Assembly: GCF_018977255.1 (NCBI RefSeq)
Contig: NW_024704742.1
Span: 59,646,001 to 59,710,000, forward strand
Source: Callorhinchus milii
Lineage: Eukaryota
Length of the DNA stretch: 64,000 bases
Direction of reading: 5' to 3'
In this document: one piece after another, positions 48,748-61,700 of the stretch
Layout: the number at the start of each line of letters is the position of its first letter
Position numbering within the stretch: position 1 is the stretch's first letter
Translations under genes and position numbers: made by a program
Notes under the pieces: generated by a model
Databases searched by the model: none
What the model saw: the letters and a program-made list of their open reading frames with translations, nothing else
What the model was told of the DNA's origin: nothing

Positions 48748-49241
48748 TATTAGGATATATGTTATTTGGCAAGGTTGAAGAAGTTGAGTGGTAATTGAGA
48801 GTTGATCCTATAGAGACTATCAAGATAATTTTAAAGATTACAAATAATATGCAAGACGAAACAGCTATTCAGCCCAACCAATCCATGTCAGTGTTTATAC
48901 TCCACACAAGTCATGAAGGGAATTGATATGGTTGATCCAAAGTAATTGTCAAAGTGATGACAATTTCAAACACATGCCCAGGACATTAAAATTATGACTT
49001 AAGGAAGTATAATCGAAAGAAGCAAAGGAAAATAGACTCCATGGAAGCAGCCAGTAAAAATGTGTTCCCGTAGAAACTATACTTGTTTCTGTAAAAAAAA
49101 TCATATGATGAGAAAGCAGGTAGCTGAGGTGGTGAAGGATCAACAGGGCCTCTTTTGTGCGCCTCATGTTCCAAAAAAAAACAGGAATTAAGGGGTTAAT
49201 CATTACAGATTTTCACGCAAAAACCTGTTGCACAATCTTAC

Positions 49242-49246
49242 CATAT
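49242..49246 (-). other. Candidate 5-nt microexon
   Basis: Minus strand tgttttctttgtgcag | ATATG | gtaaga. Confidence 0.25.
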
Positions 49247-50307
49247 CTGCACAAAGAAAACATTCATTTTCCTTCTTCCACTCAACTTGACATTTACTTG
49301 CACCAACCAAAATGTTTGACCTTAGTCTGAAATGTTATCAATAACAGTTCATTTCCACACTATCCACAAATTCTCTATATTAAAATGATAAGGAACCAAA
49401 CTGAAACTCAGTATTCTCAGAATATCTGCATGGACAATCTATTGTCAATCATGTTCACCAGGATTTATTATAGTAAACATGCAGTAGTCACCGAAAAAGG
49501 CCACCTGCAGGTTTTGTAACATATTTCAAATCACGTCACTCAAATAATAATACTTATTTTGCACAGCAATTTCAATAAAAGCTTTAAGATAGAGAGAGCT
49601 TCCTGCAAATGCAATCATGATTTTTCAGATTCTTCTAAAATGTATTTTTGTTGATACAGTATGTTTCCTCACAGTTGACCAAAAGTTGCATTCGTTACGA
49701 GAGAAGTTGCTGATTTTGTTAGATCCATGGAAAAAAAATATAGTTTAATTAAAAATCTGAACAATATTATTTTATTCTCTGCATCACACAAAAGTATCAA
49801 CAGTATAGGTTCCTAGTGACCAGAGCCATCAGTATCACCCTGGATGACAATCTTATTATAGGGTTATCTTATGTGATTGTCATGTTTTAGTCAGTCTGAC
49901 TCCACATTGGCTCATTCACAGGAACATTTTCAGAAGCAGACAATTACATCATCCTGACTCCTGTATCTTTGTAAATCAAAATTTCCAAAGATATACTGCT
50001 CAAGTCTTCTTCGGGATTATCAGTGTCTCATGTGATCTGAAAACAGCACTGAGTGATGTGTTTAGCAACAGAAATCAAGAGGGAAATGGATGATTGTACA
50101 GAAGGCAGTTATCTATTATAAATGTCAGCTGAGAAATCCTACAACAGGAAGATAAACAGATAGTAACTAAGAAGGAAGGGAACCTTACACACTGCAGTTT
50201 TACCAGAAGAAAAGCATCAACTCGATTAGTTAAGAAAGGAATCTTCACTAAAGTGAAATGCTTTTGATTTTCTGTCCCTGTCGCCGCAGCATCTTCAAAG
50301 AACTTAC

Positions 50308-50336
50308 TTTACTGTCCGTTCGGCTAGATACACCAA
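50308..50336 (-). CDS. Candidate 29-nt internal exon
   Basis: Minus strand tcttttttgtttag | TTGGTGTATCTAGCCGAACGGACAGTAAA | gtaagt; two frames open (LVYLAERTV or GVSSRTDSK); local CpG retention. Confidence 0.45.
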
Positions 50337-50474
50337 CTAAACAAAAAAGATAATTCTTGAAATCTATAAAAATCCACAAAGAATGTATGCCCCAGTACAG
50401 AAACCTCTCTCATGTTCTCTTGCCACTGAAAGGGGTAGGCAATTTTACTATACACATTTTTAGCTCCTTATCTA

Positions 50475-50660
50475 GGCTGCCGCTCCAATGCAGTATTGGA
50501 TGAATGATGCATTGTTGTTCTTGAGATGAGACATTCAACCGAGGTTCCATCTGGCTGTTGAGATGGATATTAAAGATCCCATAGCACTATTCAAAAAGAA
50601 AAGGAAGTTTCCTCTGGTGTCCTGACCAACAATCTCCCAAATAAAATCGTCAGACTGACC
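50475..50660 (+). mobile_element. Deu-domain SINE core
   Basis: gatgagacattcaaccgagg..taaagatcccatagcactattcaaa..ggtgtcctgaccaaca. Confidence 0.82.
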
Positions 50661-51257
50661 CATAGGTAAAATAAATAACTTTAACCCTTCACACACAACA
50701 ACTGTTAATAATCCCATGTTAGCCAAGTAGTTTAGAAGCAATTGATTTGTTATTTAAGAGGTGGCATGTAAAGTGAAATTATTGTATGCACTAAAACCAC
50801 CTTCAACATGATTACAAGCTAAATCCTCATCCCAAAACAATGCTAGCTTGAAAAACAGCCAAATCTTACTATAAGACTAATTACTGCATAGGACAACTTT
50901 ACACTTGATTACTATTGCATCCCACACACCCATGGAAATTGAATGCCGTAGTATTGAAGGCAGAAGCAGTCGATTGTGACTACTGCTGCAGTTATCATAC
51001 GTTCTGACACATGGTGTTGAAGGATGAAAAATTAATTAATATGAAGTGATTCCAGCAAAGGAAAACAGTAATACAACAACAACAACAACAACAAGATTCC
51101 ATTTATAGAGGTACAAATTGAAATGTTCTGAAAGAACAGTGTTTTCCTTTTGTGTTGTGATTTGAACAGCTGGACTTTTGCTTAATTTCGCCAGTTTAAC
51201 TCAGTTGGTAACACTTTTACCTCTGGATTGGAAAGTTGTGAGTTCAAGACCCACATT

Positions 51258-52060
51258 ACGTCTTGGATGAGAGCTAACTTTCTTCATTTGAATGTCAACA
51301 AGACCAAGGCCTTCCTGATTGGCTACTGTCAGCACCTCCATACCTCAGGTGCTGACTGCATCATCATCCATGGATCCACACTCTACCTTGCTAAGCCAAT
51401 CCAGAACCTTAGCATCTTGTTTGACCCTCAACCAGCCTTTCTATCCTATATCTGTGCCATGACCTGCTCTGCCTTCCCCCACTTCTGCAAGGTCACCAGG
51501 CTCTGCCACTGTCTCACACCTCAGGCCGCTGAAACCCTCATGCATGCTTCCATAAGATCGTGGCTTGACTATGCAAACTCACTGCTTGTCGTCCTCCCTA
51601 ACTACTCCCTCCATAGGCTGCAGATCATCCAGAACTCTGTCCTTTCCCGCACCAGGCTCCACAATCCTATCACTCCCCATCCTCGCCCGACTCTACTGGT
51701 TTCCCATCACACAGAGGATACAGTTCAAGATCCTGGTCTCACCTACAAAAACCTTTATAGCCTTGCTCCCCCCCTATCACTGTGATCTTCTAACCCCCTA
51801 CCAGCCTGCTTGCTCCCTCCACTCAGCGGTCTCCGGCCTGCTTTACATCCCCAACCTCGCCCGCCTCACCAATGGCGGGTGGGTCTACTGCCACTCTGCC
51901 CTTACCCTCTGGAACTTCACCCTGCAGTTCCTCCACCTCACCCCTCCCTTGCCTCCTTCAAGACCCATCTCAAGACCCTCCTCTTCGACCATGCTTTGAA
52001 TCATCCTGCTTCCCACCCCTGACCACCACCCTCACCGATCCCAACTCCCAGTTCGGGGTG
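51258..52060 (+). mobile_element. L2 LINE 3' part, terminal tail missing
   Basis: SWMRANFLHLNVNKTK, LTPQAAETLMHA..LDYANSLL, LARLYWFPITQRIQFKIL, SFKTHLKTLLFDHA. Confidence 0.93.
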
Positions 52061-52505
52061 CGTGGATTAGAGGCGAAACCATTTGTGGTGATGAAGTGGA
52101 GGTGGTATGAGAGGTATGATCTGAACCAGTCAAGGACAGCGCCATGAAGGTTGAAGTGAGAGGAGAGGTGGTGGATGAGGATAGTGTCAACTGTTTCGAA
52201 AATAGCAGAAAGGTCAAGGAGGACGAGGAGGCAGAGGGAACCCTGGTCGAAGATGGACAGAATGTCATTTGTCACTTTGACCGGGGCTGTTAAATCTGAT
52301 TGGAGGGGTTCTTGAAGGGAGTGGCAGGAAGGGAAAGAGCGAAGCTGGGAAGCAATAATTCTTTCCAGAGGAAAGGGAGTTGGAGATGGGGTGGTAGTTT
52401 GAGAGCAGTGATGGATCCAGGGTGGGTTTTTTAATGATAGGAGTGATGATGGCCGTTTTTAATGGGATGGAAACAATACAATTGGACAGGGAGAGGTTTA
52501 TGATG
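52056..52505 (-). mobile_element. L2 RT fragment in opposite orientation
   Basis: Minus ORF 51970..52275 NDILSIFDQGSLCLLVLLDLSAIFETVD..VLDWFRSYLS. Confidence 0.92.
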
Positions 52506-54339
52506 TATAATTAGTACAAGATAATTGTTAACCCCTCAGGCATATACTTAGCAAGTGTTTAAGCACAGATTCCAAGATAGTAATGATTCTGCTGCTTACA
52601 GGAATGATTGTTAGTTTGTTGTGAGGGCTGATAGTACTGAAAACATGGAAAATGTGTCTATTTAATTTATGTTATGGCATGTTTTATTTATTTTATGAGT
52701 ACTGTATGAGTATTTAGAAATACAGAAAAGAAATCTCTCCTAAGCTATTTAGCGACACTAACATTTTCTATTTGGGTGTTTTTGAAATATTTCAATAGGT
52801 TGGGGTTATGTGACGAAGTTGAAAATTGACCTCAAAGTGGTATGTGGAGTTTTAAATGTAGGGTGCTCAGTGGTGCAAATCAGATATTAGTTGGGATTAT
52901 TACAAAGTTTCAGCTCTCAGTCAACTATGTGAAACACTTTGAGATCCTTCTTCCGACATGAAAGGCGCTATACAAATGTAAAGTATTGTTGTTGGTTAAA
53001 ACTCCTCAAATTCTCCTTGGTGTTTTTCCATATGTGAAACAAACGCAGAACAATGTAATTGCAGCTTTGATTCACTAGTGCCTCTGTAATAATGATTCCT
53101 TTCTTATTGTACATAATACAAGGTTTAGAACTCATTGAGCACAGTCTGGAGCCATCCAGTAATGCAATCAGATTTGGCCATTGCATATCAGAGCTGCCTA
53201 ATTAGACAGGGTTCATGTGCTGCAATCTATCTACATCCAGCTGATGCTGCAGATGTTGTGCACTGGTGGAAATCAGTAGCTGGCCTCAGGCTTCGCTTGG
53301 TCTTGTGCAGTGTCACACTGACATGGATAACTTAATAGTTATAATCACTTCTGTAAAATGAGATGACACAATATAATTGCACTCAAGACACAAATATTAA
53401 CTCTCCAGGCCAAAGGCATTTATCTACACTCAGTAAATAAACCAATCGTGACATTGCTAACTTTATTCTGTATTTTTTCATTGTGATTATAAATGGGTTC
53501 ATTCCTCTGCAGCAATGCTCATACAATTTTTCTTTATTTACATGAAACAAAAAGATGGATTCATTCCTATCCATTACATTTGATAGATTGAACCCAATTT
53601 TCAATCAAGGTTTCTGCGCTTCCCTCATTTACATTTGAACAGATCAAGGGAGAGTGTTGGGTATACTCTATGTTTTTCCGAGTGAGCCAAAGTAAGACTG
53701 CAACAGACTCAAGACAATTGTTTGCTTCTGTCTTTGCTTGCTAATGAGAAAAGTAGCATGACCCAAGCAGGAAGCTGCAGCTCCCCTAAGGTTTTGAAAC
53801 TGCCAAGGTGTATTCTCAGCTTCACCTGCTGCAATTGGCAGCAATTGCAATAATACATTGAACAGCAAAAATCAGTCAGCTGAACCCAAATCAAAACATC
53901 TCAAGCAATTAAATTCTCCTTTATTCTATCAAACACTTAAGTTTCTTTTTTTGGGGGGGAAATATCTGTACCAGAAGATCAACAAAACTTAATTCACCTC
54001 CTGGGCTAATTTCATTTTAGCTCATTTGTTAATGAGCTTAAAGGCAGGAGCTAACTGTTGTTTTACAGGAAACCATCTGAGGAGAATGGGTTCAGCAGGA
54101 CATCAATTCCTATCAGGGGAATCAACAGTCAAAGACACACACAAAAGCAATCTCATAAATCACAGTCAACAAGAACTTCAGAAGGAACAGAACATCAGTC
54201 TGTGCAACCACATGGACTTTTATGTAGAGGATGGAATACAACCTTTAGCTTTGCATCGCATTTAAGTATCGCTAAATGTTTGGTCATATTACTGATAAGT
54301 AATCTCTTTAAAATATTGTAACACAATTGAGTGTCAGGC

Positions 54340-54690
54340 CATTTTAGGTCATGAGCGTCAAGTTCCAGAGCAGGAGTGCTGGGATCACACTTTTGCTGCT
54401 GAATTCCTGAACTTGGAGCGAGGGCGGCTGAGGCTGGGATGCGACTAAATTGGGAGTGAGCAACATAAAGTGGATGGAGAAGAGTGGTGTGAAGAAACAG
54501 CACAAGACTACTGGCTCTGGGAGGATGAGGGAAAGACTGGACATCTCACAGGCCTACAGCACAGTGCCCTCCAGTAAACTGGAATAGTTCTCTCCAAACG
54601 GAATAATCTAAGTTCCTTTGCAGAAGGCAAACCTGTGGATGGTCCTTGGGAAGAGCCCAAAAGGGTATTGGAGGCATTTCCACACCTTGT
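54340..54690 (-). mobile_element. Possible ancient RTE-clade RT relic
   Basis: GC-richer block; minus frame CCFFTPLFSIHF weakly resembles GCVLAPTLFSIFF. Confidence 0.3.
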
Positions 54691-57604
54691 AAATAGGAGT
54701 GAGCAGAGTCAGACTTACCTTGCTGCAGTTCCATGGATATGCAATTACCTGATTTTTTGGCATGAGCCTATTAAAGTTAGTTTGTTTTGTTTAAATAAGA
54801 CTGGTATCGACTACTATTTCCACCATACCCCCTGCCTGCTACGATATGTATCAGAATTGTTTTTCCTAAATTAAACATTTTGATTTTGTATTTGTCTACA
54901 TTCAGCCATTGTCATTCAGACCCAAACCAGTTGTAACAGATTTGGGGCTGTTACTTTGGACAGGATATAGACAGTAGATTTTACTTCCATTTTTCTCTGG
55001 TCCAGGATAAGTTACAATTTATTTCAGATGTCCAACTTAGTGGGTGTAGATGTTGTTCTCAAGCTTGCAGCTGAGACATGGCTGCCAATTTAGCCATTGG
55101 CATATGTTTTGTTGCTAACTGGCTCCATTGAGAATTTTTAAATCGGTTGTAATTTGAATGTTTCCTTTCTCTGATCAGGCAGGTAAGCGAATGAGCCACA
55201 AACACAGTGCAGCTGTTAGGCTGCCATAAAGTTCATTGGAGCTTCAGTATCAACAATTTTGCCTCCTTTCCATCTTTCAATACTCTTTATGGCCCAAGTC
55301 TTTTACATTGGTTGCAGTTTTATATATTTTTGTTTACATTGACCCAGGCAAAGTTTTGGCACACATAAACACCTTGGACCCCTTGTTCAACTTGCCCTTG
55401 ACTTGATCATGAAAACCTCTGGCTCGACCACCTCTAGTTATAAAGAAATTGAATGCGTTGATGCCAGGTTACTGTGTTGGTGTTCCTTGTTGCACTGAAA
55501 TCTGCATTCTGATTTAAGGATTACTCCAGAGTAATTCAGAGCCTGGGAATGCTCTATATTAGATTAATTTCAATGTCAAATGGCACCAATACATGTGGAA
55601 ATAGTAAATTTGGTAGTATTAAGTTTTTTTTATTCCAGAGATGAACGATCATAAATAAAGTCTTCAATTATCAATGTTTTCCATATCATGGTAACTCTGT
55701 GGACCTTTCAAAACTGAACTTCTATCAGCCAAGAGATCAGGAAAGGTGTCCTGTCAGGTGTTGATGCCAATCCTTTTGGCAATCTAGATGGAAGCCTGAA
55801 TTCTATGCATTGTTCCAACTAACAAAAGAAAACACAGAATTGATGCTCACTGATTGAGATGAGCTGATCTGACTGACATTTATCATTGGGATTTGCCTTT
55901 CTGGTGACTTAGGAAACATTCCAACTGCACACACCAACAGAGCTTTTGTATAAAAGAGCATGCTGCTGACCTTTTCAAATTAGAGAGTCAAACAGGAACA
56001 TTGTTTTGTTCAAAATTAGTCTTTGAAGATAATTCCTAGCCTTGCATTGTTCAGTGTGCTACCATTCAAATTTGATATTGCTTTTGTTTCTTTTCCTATC
56101 TTGAATGACAAATATCAATTTATAAGGCTTTTGCTGCACTTTGAACAGTTACAAATGTAAAAGGCTAACAGTGAATGAGAAAAGTGCTACACCAAATGCA
56201 TGGATTATTATTAGTATTATTCCAGGCTGACACTCTAGAGCAGTTCTGCATTTACAGAAGTTCAATAGTTTTGAAGAGATGTGAAACTGTTAAACTGAGA
56301 CCTTGTGTGCCTGTTTAAGTGGATGTTAATGGTCTCATGATTGTATTCATAAAGAGAAGGGGTACATTGTTCGAGCACCCCTAAAATGTTCCAGATCCTC
56401 TTTCTTGTGGTTGCTGTCCCAAGAAGCATTTATTTTTCAATCCCAGTGCATCCTGATTTCAACAGTGTTAATTGTGAAGAACTGGTCACTGAAGATTAGA
56501 TTCTTCTACACTTGGAGGAAGAAAGAAAACATCTTCCTTCTTTCTCATTCCAAAGACTCCTATCCTACACACTCTTCCTGCTCCCTGAATTGGCATTGAA
56601 ATTAAAATTGAAAAATAATGTAGAAAAATGTTTCCAAATTAAGACTGAATTGAGGAACATTCCAAAATTCAGCATCATCTTACATTCTTAGACAACAGCT
56701 TTAAGGTTAGTGGATTTCAATTTAGATATTAATGTAAAGAGCAGAAAGAGACAGGTCTTCAAGTTGGCATTATTGAGATCACGATCTAATGAGAGTGCAA
56801 CTCACTCCTTTGGGCAGTAACAGTGTTGCTGTTGCCATACAGTCACAAAATAAACATTGGAATGTGAAGCTAAGACCTTTGGGTAAATGGTGTTAACCAC
56901 TGGGTTAAGGTTAGTATCATTGGGTAAATAGTTTAAGGTTAATTTGGGGCCTCCATATCTGGCAGTAAATTTGGAGCAACCATTCATTCTCAGTCTTACT
57001 GGTATATGTGAACTGGATTTAATCCAGTATATTCTGTCATCAGAATCATTTAATCAACTGTGGTCTTGTAACTCATCAGCTTTTATCTTTGGATCTTCAC
57101 TTTGATCTTTTAAATAAAACTGATCTATAACTTTATAACCCCATAGAATTGTCCTTTCACGTCTGTGAACTTCAAAAAATTATGGACAGTCAACAGACTG
57201 CAACGTCTCCTACTTGAATTCAGGAAGTATAACGTTGTAACCTGAGCAGCACACACATTGAAAATCTCCCCAGGCCTCCCAGTGTCTGGGCAATGTTTTG
57301 TTCGCTTGGGAGAAAAAAATCATTACAAATCATTAACACACTGCAGCATTTCAATTGCATTTGTTGAATGAACTGCTGGATCTTACATAACAGCAAGCTA
57401 AACCTTTTCTGTATAATTGGGAAGTGTAGGTAACTGTTAACTTACTAACATGCGACCAGGAGACTTCTGAAAAGCTTTTTGAGAAATGTTTTCATACATA
57501 ACCATTATGGTTCCTGGCTGTCAATTTCAATACATAGTGACTCAACTATAAAATATGCCTTCAATCTGGTATGTAATTTTTGAACCAGGTTATGTGCTGG
57601 TTCT

Positions 57605-57832
57605 CTACAACTCCAACCCGGAATCCCTCTGGCTTATCCCTTCCTTCCCCATCTTTAAAACCTTTCTATAACACTTTTGGTTGCCTACCTCCCCACTATC
57701 AGGACCACCTTCCTCAACTCCCCCTGCCCCTCCACCCTTAGCTCGGGCTCCAAGTTGGTTCTGTGACGCACATTGATTGAGATGTTCTCCCAATGTGAAA
57801 GGCGTTATATAAAATGTAAAATAGTTGTTGAC
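57605..57832 (+). mobile_element. L2 3' end
   Basis: ggaatccctctggctt..ttaaaacctt..gatgttctcccaatgtgaaaggcgttatataaaatgt. Confidence 0.78.
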
Positions 57833-59430
57833 TTGAAAACTTTATCAAAGGATCAATGATCACAATGGTTGAATTATGTTACATCTAAAGAATGACCTCT
57901 CAAAGGTAGTATATCATGGACAAGCTGGATCTTTGTTACAGAATAACTTTGACAAAACTAAAACTGGAATTCAACCTGCTGAATACACATGTTTTCAGCT
58001 ATTGAATGCTTCAGATGCATGGGACATGGATACAAGAGGCTCCAGAATCCTTTGTGAGTGCTACTGCATCACTAGATTAACAGATATAAGGGCAGCATTT
58101 GAATAAAATCAGCAGTTAGCATATATTTTATGTATGTACATAGGTTGAAGTTCATCCCGTTAATGGAAGCTTTTGTTTTAGCAGCAATTATATAATATGA
58201 TGCTTGAATGGGGGGTTGGGGGGGAGGGAGGGAGGGACGGAGGGGGAAAGTACTGTCTGATTCTTAGTTGGTTTGGAATGGAATCATTACTGGACAAGTA
58301 ATCAGCAATTATATATTGTGGGTCACAGAAACAAGCAGCACCTAGTGCTACACCATTTCATTGGTGATATACTCCTGATTACAACCAAGGAGATGCTTTT
58401 TGAAATATTGGAGCTGTTCAGACTGAAATATAATACTGACCACCATTGTAAAGAAATATAGTCACTTGTAATCTTTTTTATTTGTTATTAATTTCATAAT
58501 GAAGAGGAACCTGTAATTCCCTCTGTTCACATAGTCAAATTTTGCAAATGGATTGTTAACCCGTTTTGTAAATTAGACCCCAATAGATGAGATTATTTTA
58601 TTCCAACTCCTGAAGTGAAGTTCTTGAATTAGGTAGATTGCTATCTTTAAATAAGAAAACATTTTGAACAGCTGGGTTCATTGCATTATTTCTCAAATTT
58701 ATAGCAAATTCCATCTCTTATTGCAGGAAAATGGTTAATACGTGGTTTGAAATCACCTTCATCTTCTGAATAATGGTAGTGCCAGAAACACCAATGAAAT
58801 GCCCTGAAAGTCAGCATTTTGGATCCTCAGTTAGTTAGATATTGTAGTTGGAGATCTTAGTTGGAGATCTTAGTTAGAGAATACGAGACTAATTCAATCT
58901 GCATGAAGGCAATATCCCAGGAATAAGACCAATGATGCCATTTTTCACACTGGCAAACTTCAATGGAGGTAAAATCATGAAAAAAATGTTTTGTAGTGAT
59001 TTTTCTCAATTTCCTGCCGAAGTTTCTTCAGTCCAATTGTTTCCATTGAGAAATTTAATTATAGTATTTATACTTAAGACCTCAAGAGTGGAGTAAAATT
59101 ATCTCACTTATTGGGGTCTAATTTGTACCTATCCAGTATTTTTAACTTTTGTTATGAATGCTTATTAGATTTTTCATAATCGGATGGAGAACTGCAAAGG
59201 TTATTTGTGCGGAGTGTATATAATTTTGTGCCATCATCGTACAATAGTTCCACTCCCTAAGGAGCTGAAAGGGCAAATCTAATACTTTATTATCATCAAA
59301 TGCCAACTTCCTATTAGAGATAAGTAAAGATAAGTTTATAATTTCAGTTGGTGAGATCTCACAACTCAGGCTCTTGCGATTCTCGATTTGTAAACTTTAG
59401 AACTGCTTAAAGGACCAATGTTACATGAAT

Positions 59431-59783
59431 TGTGGAGTCCTGTAGTTTAGTGTTAGAGCAATCGCATCGCAAGCGAGAAGAAATGGGTTTGATTCCCAGG
59501 CAGGGCAAAATGCTGGGCAAGTTTCCTTAGTCCACACACCTCTGTTTACCTAGCAGTAAGTAGGAACCCAGTTATTTGTCGATTGGCAGATAGTTTATCT
59601 GGGGGTAATAATTCCTTAAAAAAAATTGGTCACTCAATCCATGACTATTTGTGGGACACTCCTGTGCACAATTGTCCCCGTTTTGCCCACAAAATATACA
59701 GTCAATTCACTTTATATTCTGTGAAGCTCTTTGAGACATCTCAAAGATGTGATTAGGCGCTATATCAAATGCAAGGAGTTATT
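59431..59783 (+). mobile_element. Young tRNA-derived SINE, long variant, full length
   Basis: tgtggagtcctgtag head, cctctgtttacctagcagtaagtaggaaccc module, tail. Confidence 0.93.
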
Positions 59784-61090
59784 GGGAAAGGAAATCCAAA
59801 GAAAAGATAATTGTGTATAATTTTCTATCATTGGTGCACAATGTACTTGGGATATCTTAATTCAAACTATTTTTGGGGGTCAGGTTTCACCTACAAAAAC
59901 TCACCACCATGGTTAAGCGAATCCAAATCAAATGACTTAGAGTTTTACATTGGCATGAACATTTCTGTTTGTCTGGAATGTAATGTGCATCCTCTCTCCA
60001 AAGGAATACACACTGATCATCTATTCCCAGTAAGAAATAAGTGCAGGTTGCTAAGAGCCAAGGCTTGAGGACCTCAAAGTGTGGGTTGTTGTGCTGGATT
60101 GTAATAGCAGGTTAGCTGCCTAGCTGTCCTTTCACTCACAGTTTCTGAAATCTAGAAACAACATGGAGATAAATGGAGGGAAAAGCAGATGATTTTATGC
60201 ATTTTGTTTAAAAATTAAACAATACATGTTCTAATGGCAAATCACCAATCTCACAACTGCTCAGCTCTGCATATAACAAGGACTGTGTCTTGTGATATGA
60301 CCTTTATTTACTACAGCAGAATAAAGTGAATTGCTTGACAGGGGATTTCCAATATAACAGCTAAGCGGTAGCATGTGAAGAACTGAATGAAGTTCCTTTC
60401 AAAACTTGTTCATTGGAACACCTCTGTCAAGCAGTTTACTTCATTCAGTTGTTGCCATTAAAGGGGCAGGGTTGCAAGCTACTTTGGTGTGTTTCTACAC
60501 AGAGTGGAGCTCTAATCAGTCTCCAAACAACGGGGCCCAGAAGCCGTCAATTTCACAAAATAATCCTTGCATTTCAAATGACCTTATCGGGTCATCAAGA
60601 CGTCTCAAAGTGCTTCACAAGATTTTATTTAAAATGTGGTGACTGTATTTGTAGATAAATGCAGCAGCTGTGCTCCACAAACAGCCATGAAGTCAATGAT
60701 TAATTTATCTGGTGGTCTTCTCCATGGTATTCTTTGAATAAGATATCCCAAGTACATTGTGCAGACACATGGGAACGTTGTTAGAAAAATATAGATTCGG
60801 ACGGAATTCTTGTCAGTTGTGACATATTTATGGACTCCTTAATTAAAGAACGCCATTACAAGTCACCCTTACCCTGTCCCTCTGTCTTCAAACCCCTCCA
60901 TAACATCTATCTCATTCGAGCATGTTTTTGGCCATCTTTCCCATCTGCTCCTCAGCTTTCCCAACCAATTAAGGCTCCCAAGTAGTTGTGTGAAGAACTT
61001 TGAAATTTCCTCTCGAGTTGAACAGCACTATCTATATGAATGTAAATTGTTGTTGCTAGTGGTAGTTTAGACTCCATTTCCTGAACTTAC

Positions 61091-61164
61091 CTTCGCTCTT
61101 GCATTCATGCAAACATTTTTTCTTGAAACTTTGCCACACATTTAATGCTTCAGAGCAATACAAG
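61091..61164 (-). CDS. Candidate 74-nt internal exon
   Basis: Minus strand gtggtttctgcag | exon ending AAG | gtaagt; one open frame (phase 2 to 1) LYCSEALNVWQSFKKKCLHECKSE. Product not recognised. Confidence 0.45.
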
Positions 61165-61419
61165 CTGCAGAAACCACATACTGTGCATTGACAAAAATTG
61201 ATGCATGCATCATATCTAATTAAAATCTTAAGAAAATATCATCATTAATATTCCCCGTTGTGGATTCCCAACTGTGTTATTCTACGGTATGATACCTGGG
61301 GATTATAATTAGGCAGGCAGCATACCATGGCTGGAATTGTCATGATCCTGAGATGTTAATCCTGACCCACTGAATATTCTCAGCATGTAAAAATTCTCAA
61401 ATTAGAAGAGGGATGATTG

Positions 61420-61700
61420 TATTGCACGAGACTGGAAAATATTTTTTTTTCTGATGCAATGTTAAATTCAGTTCCCATCTGCCTGTTCAGGTGGACATTA
61501 AACATCCCTTGGCACAATTGGAAAAGAGAGAAGAGTTTTCTACCAAAGCCCTGGCCAACAATCCCCAAATATGGAACATTGCTATCAGCAAATGTAAATT
61601 GGCTGCTGCAGATACCTACAAAATACACAGTGACTGTACTTTACAGTATATCCTCCCAATGTGAAAGGTGCTATATCAAATACAAGGATGATTTTTAATT
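61420..61700 (+). mobile_element. Deu-domain SINE
   Basis: cccatctgcctgttcaggtggacattaaacatcccttggcac core and tail; further SINE 3' parts at about 60560-60720 (-), 62050-62225 (+) and 63455-63560 (-). Confidence 0.82.

Noticed and set aside
54713..54750. Strong minus-strand donor AAG/gtaagt
   Set aside because: Nearest acceptor lacks a pyrimidine tract and the longer option has stops in all frames.
58210..58247. G-rich tract (possible G-quadruplex); C-tract at 40552-40571
   Set aside because: Low-complexity sequence with no supporting context.
58846..58879. 13-bp tandem repeat (agttggagatctt x about 2.5); similar short tandems at 8614-8643 and 41209-41245
   Set aside because: Ordinary slippage duplications.
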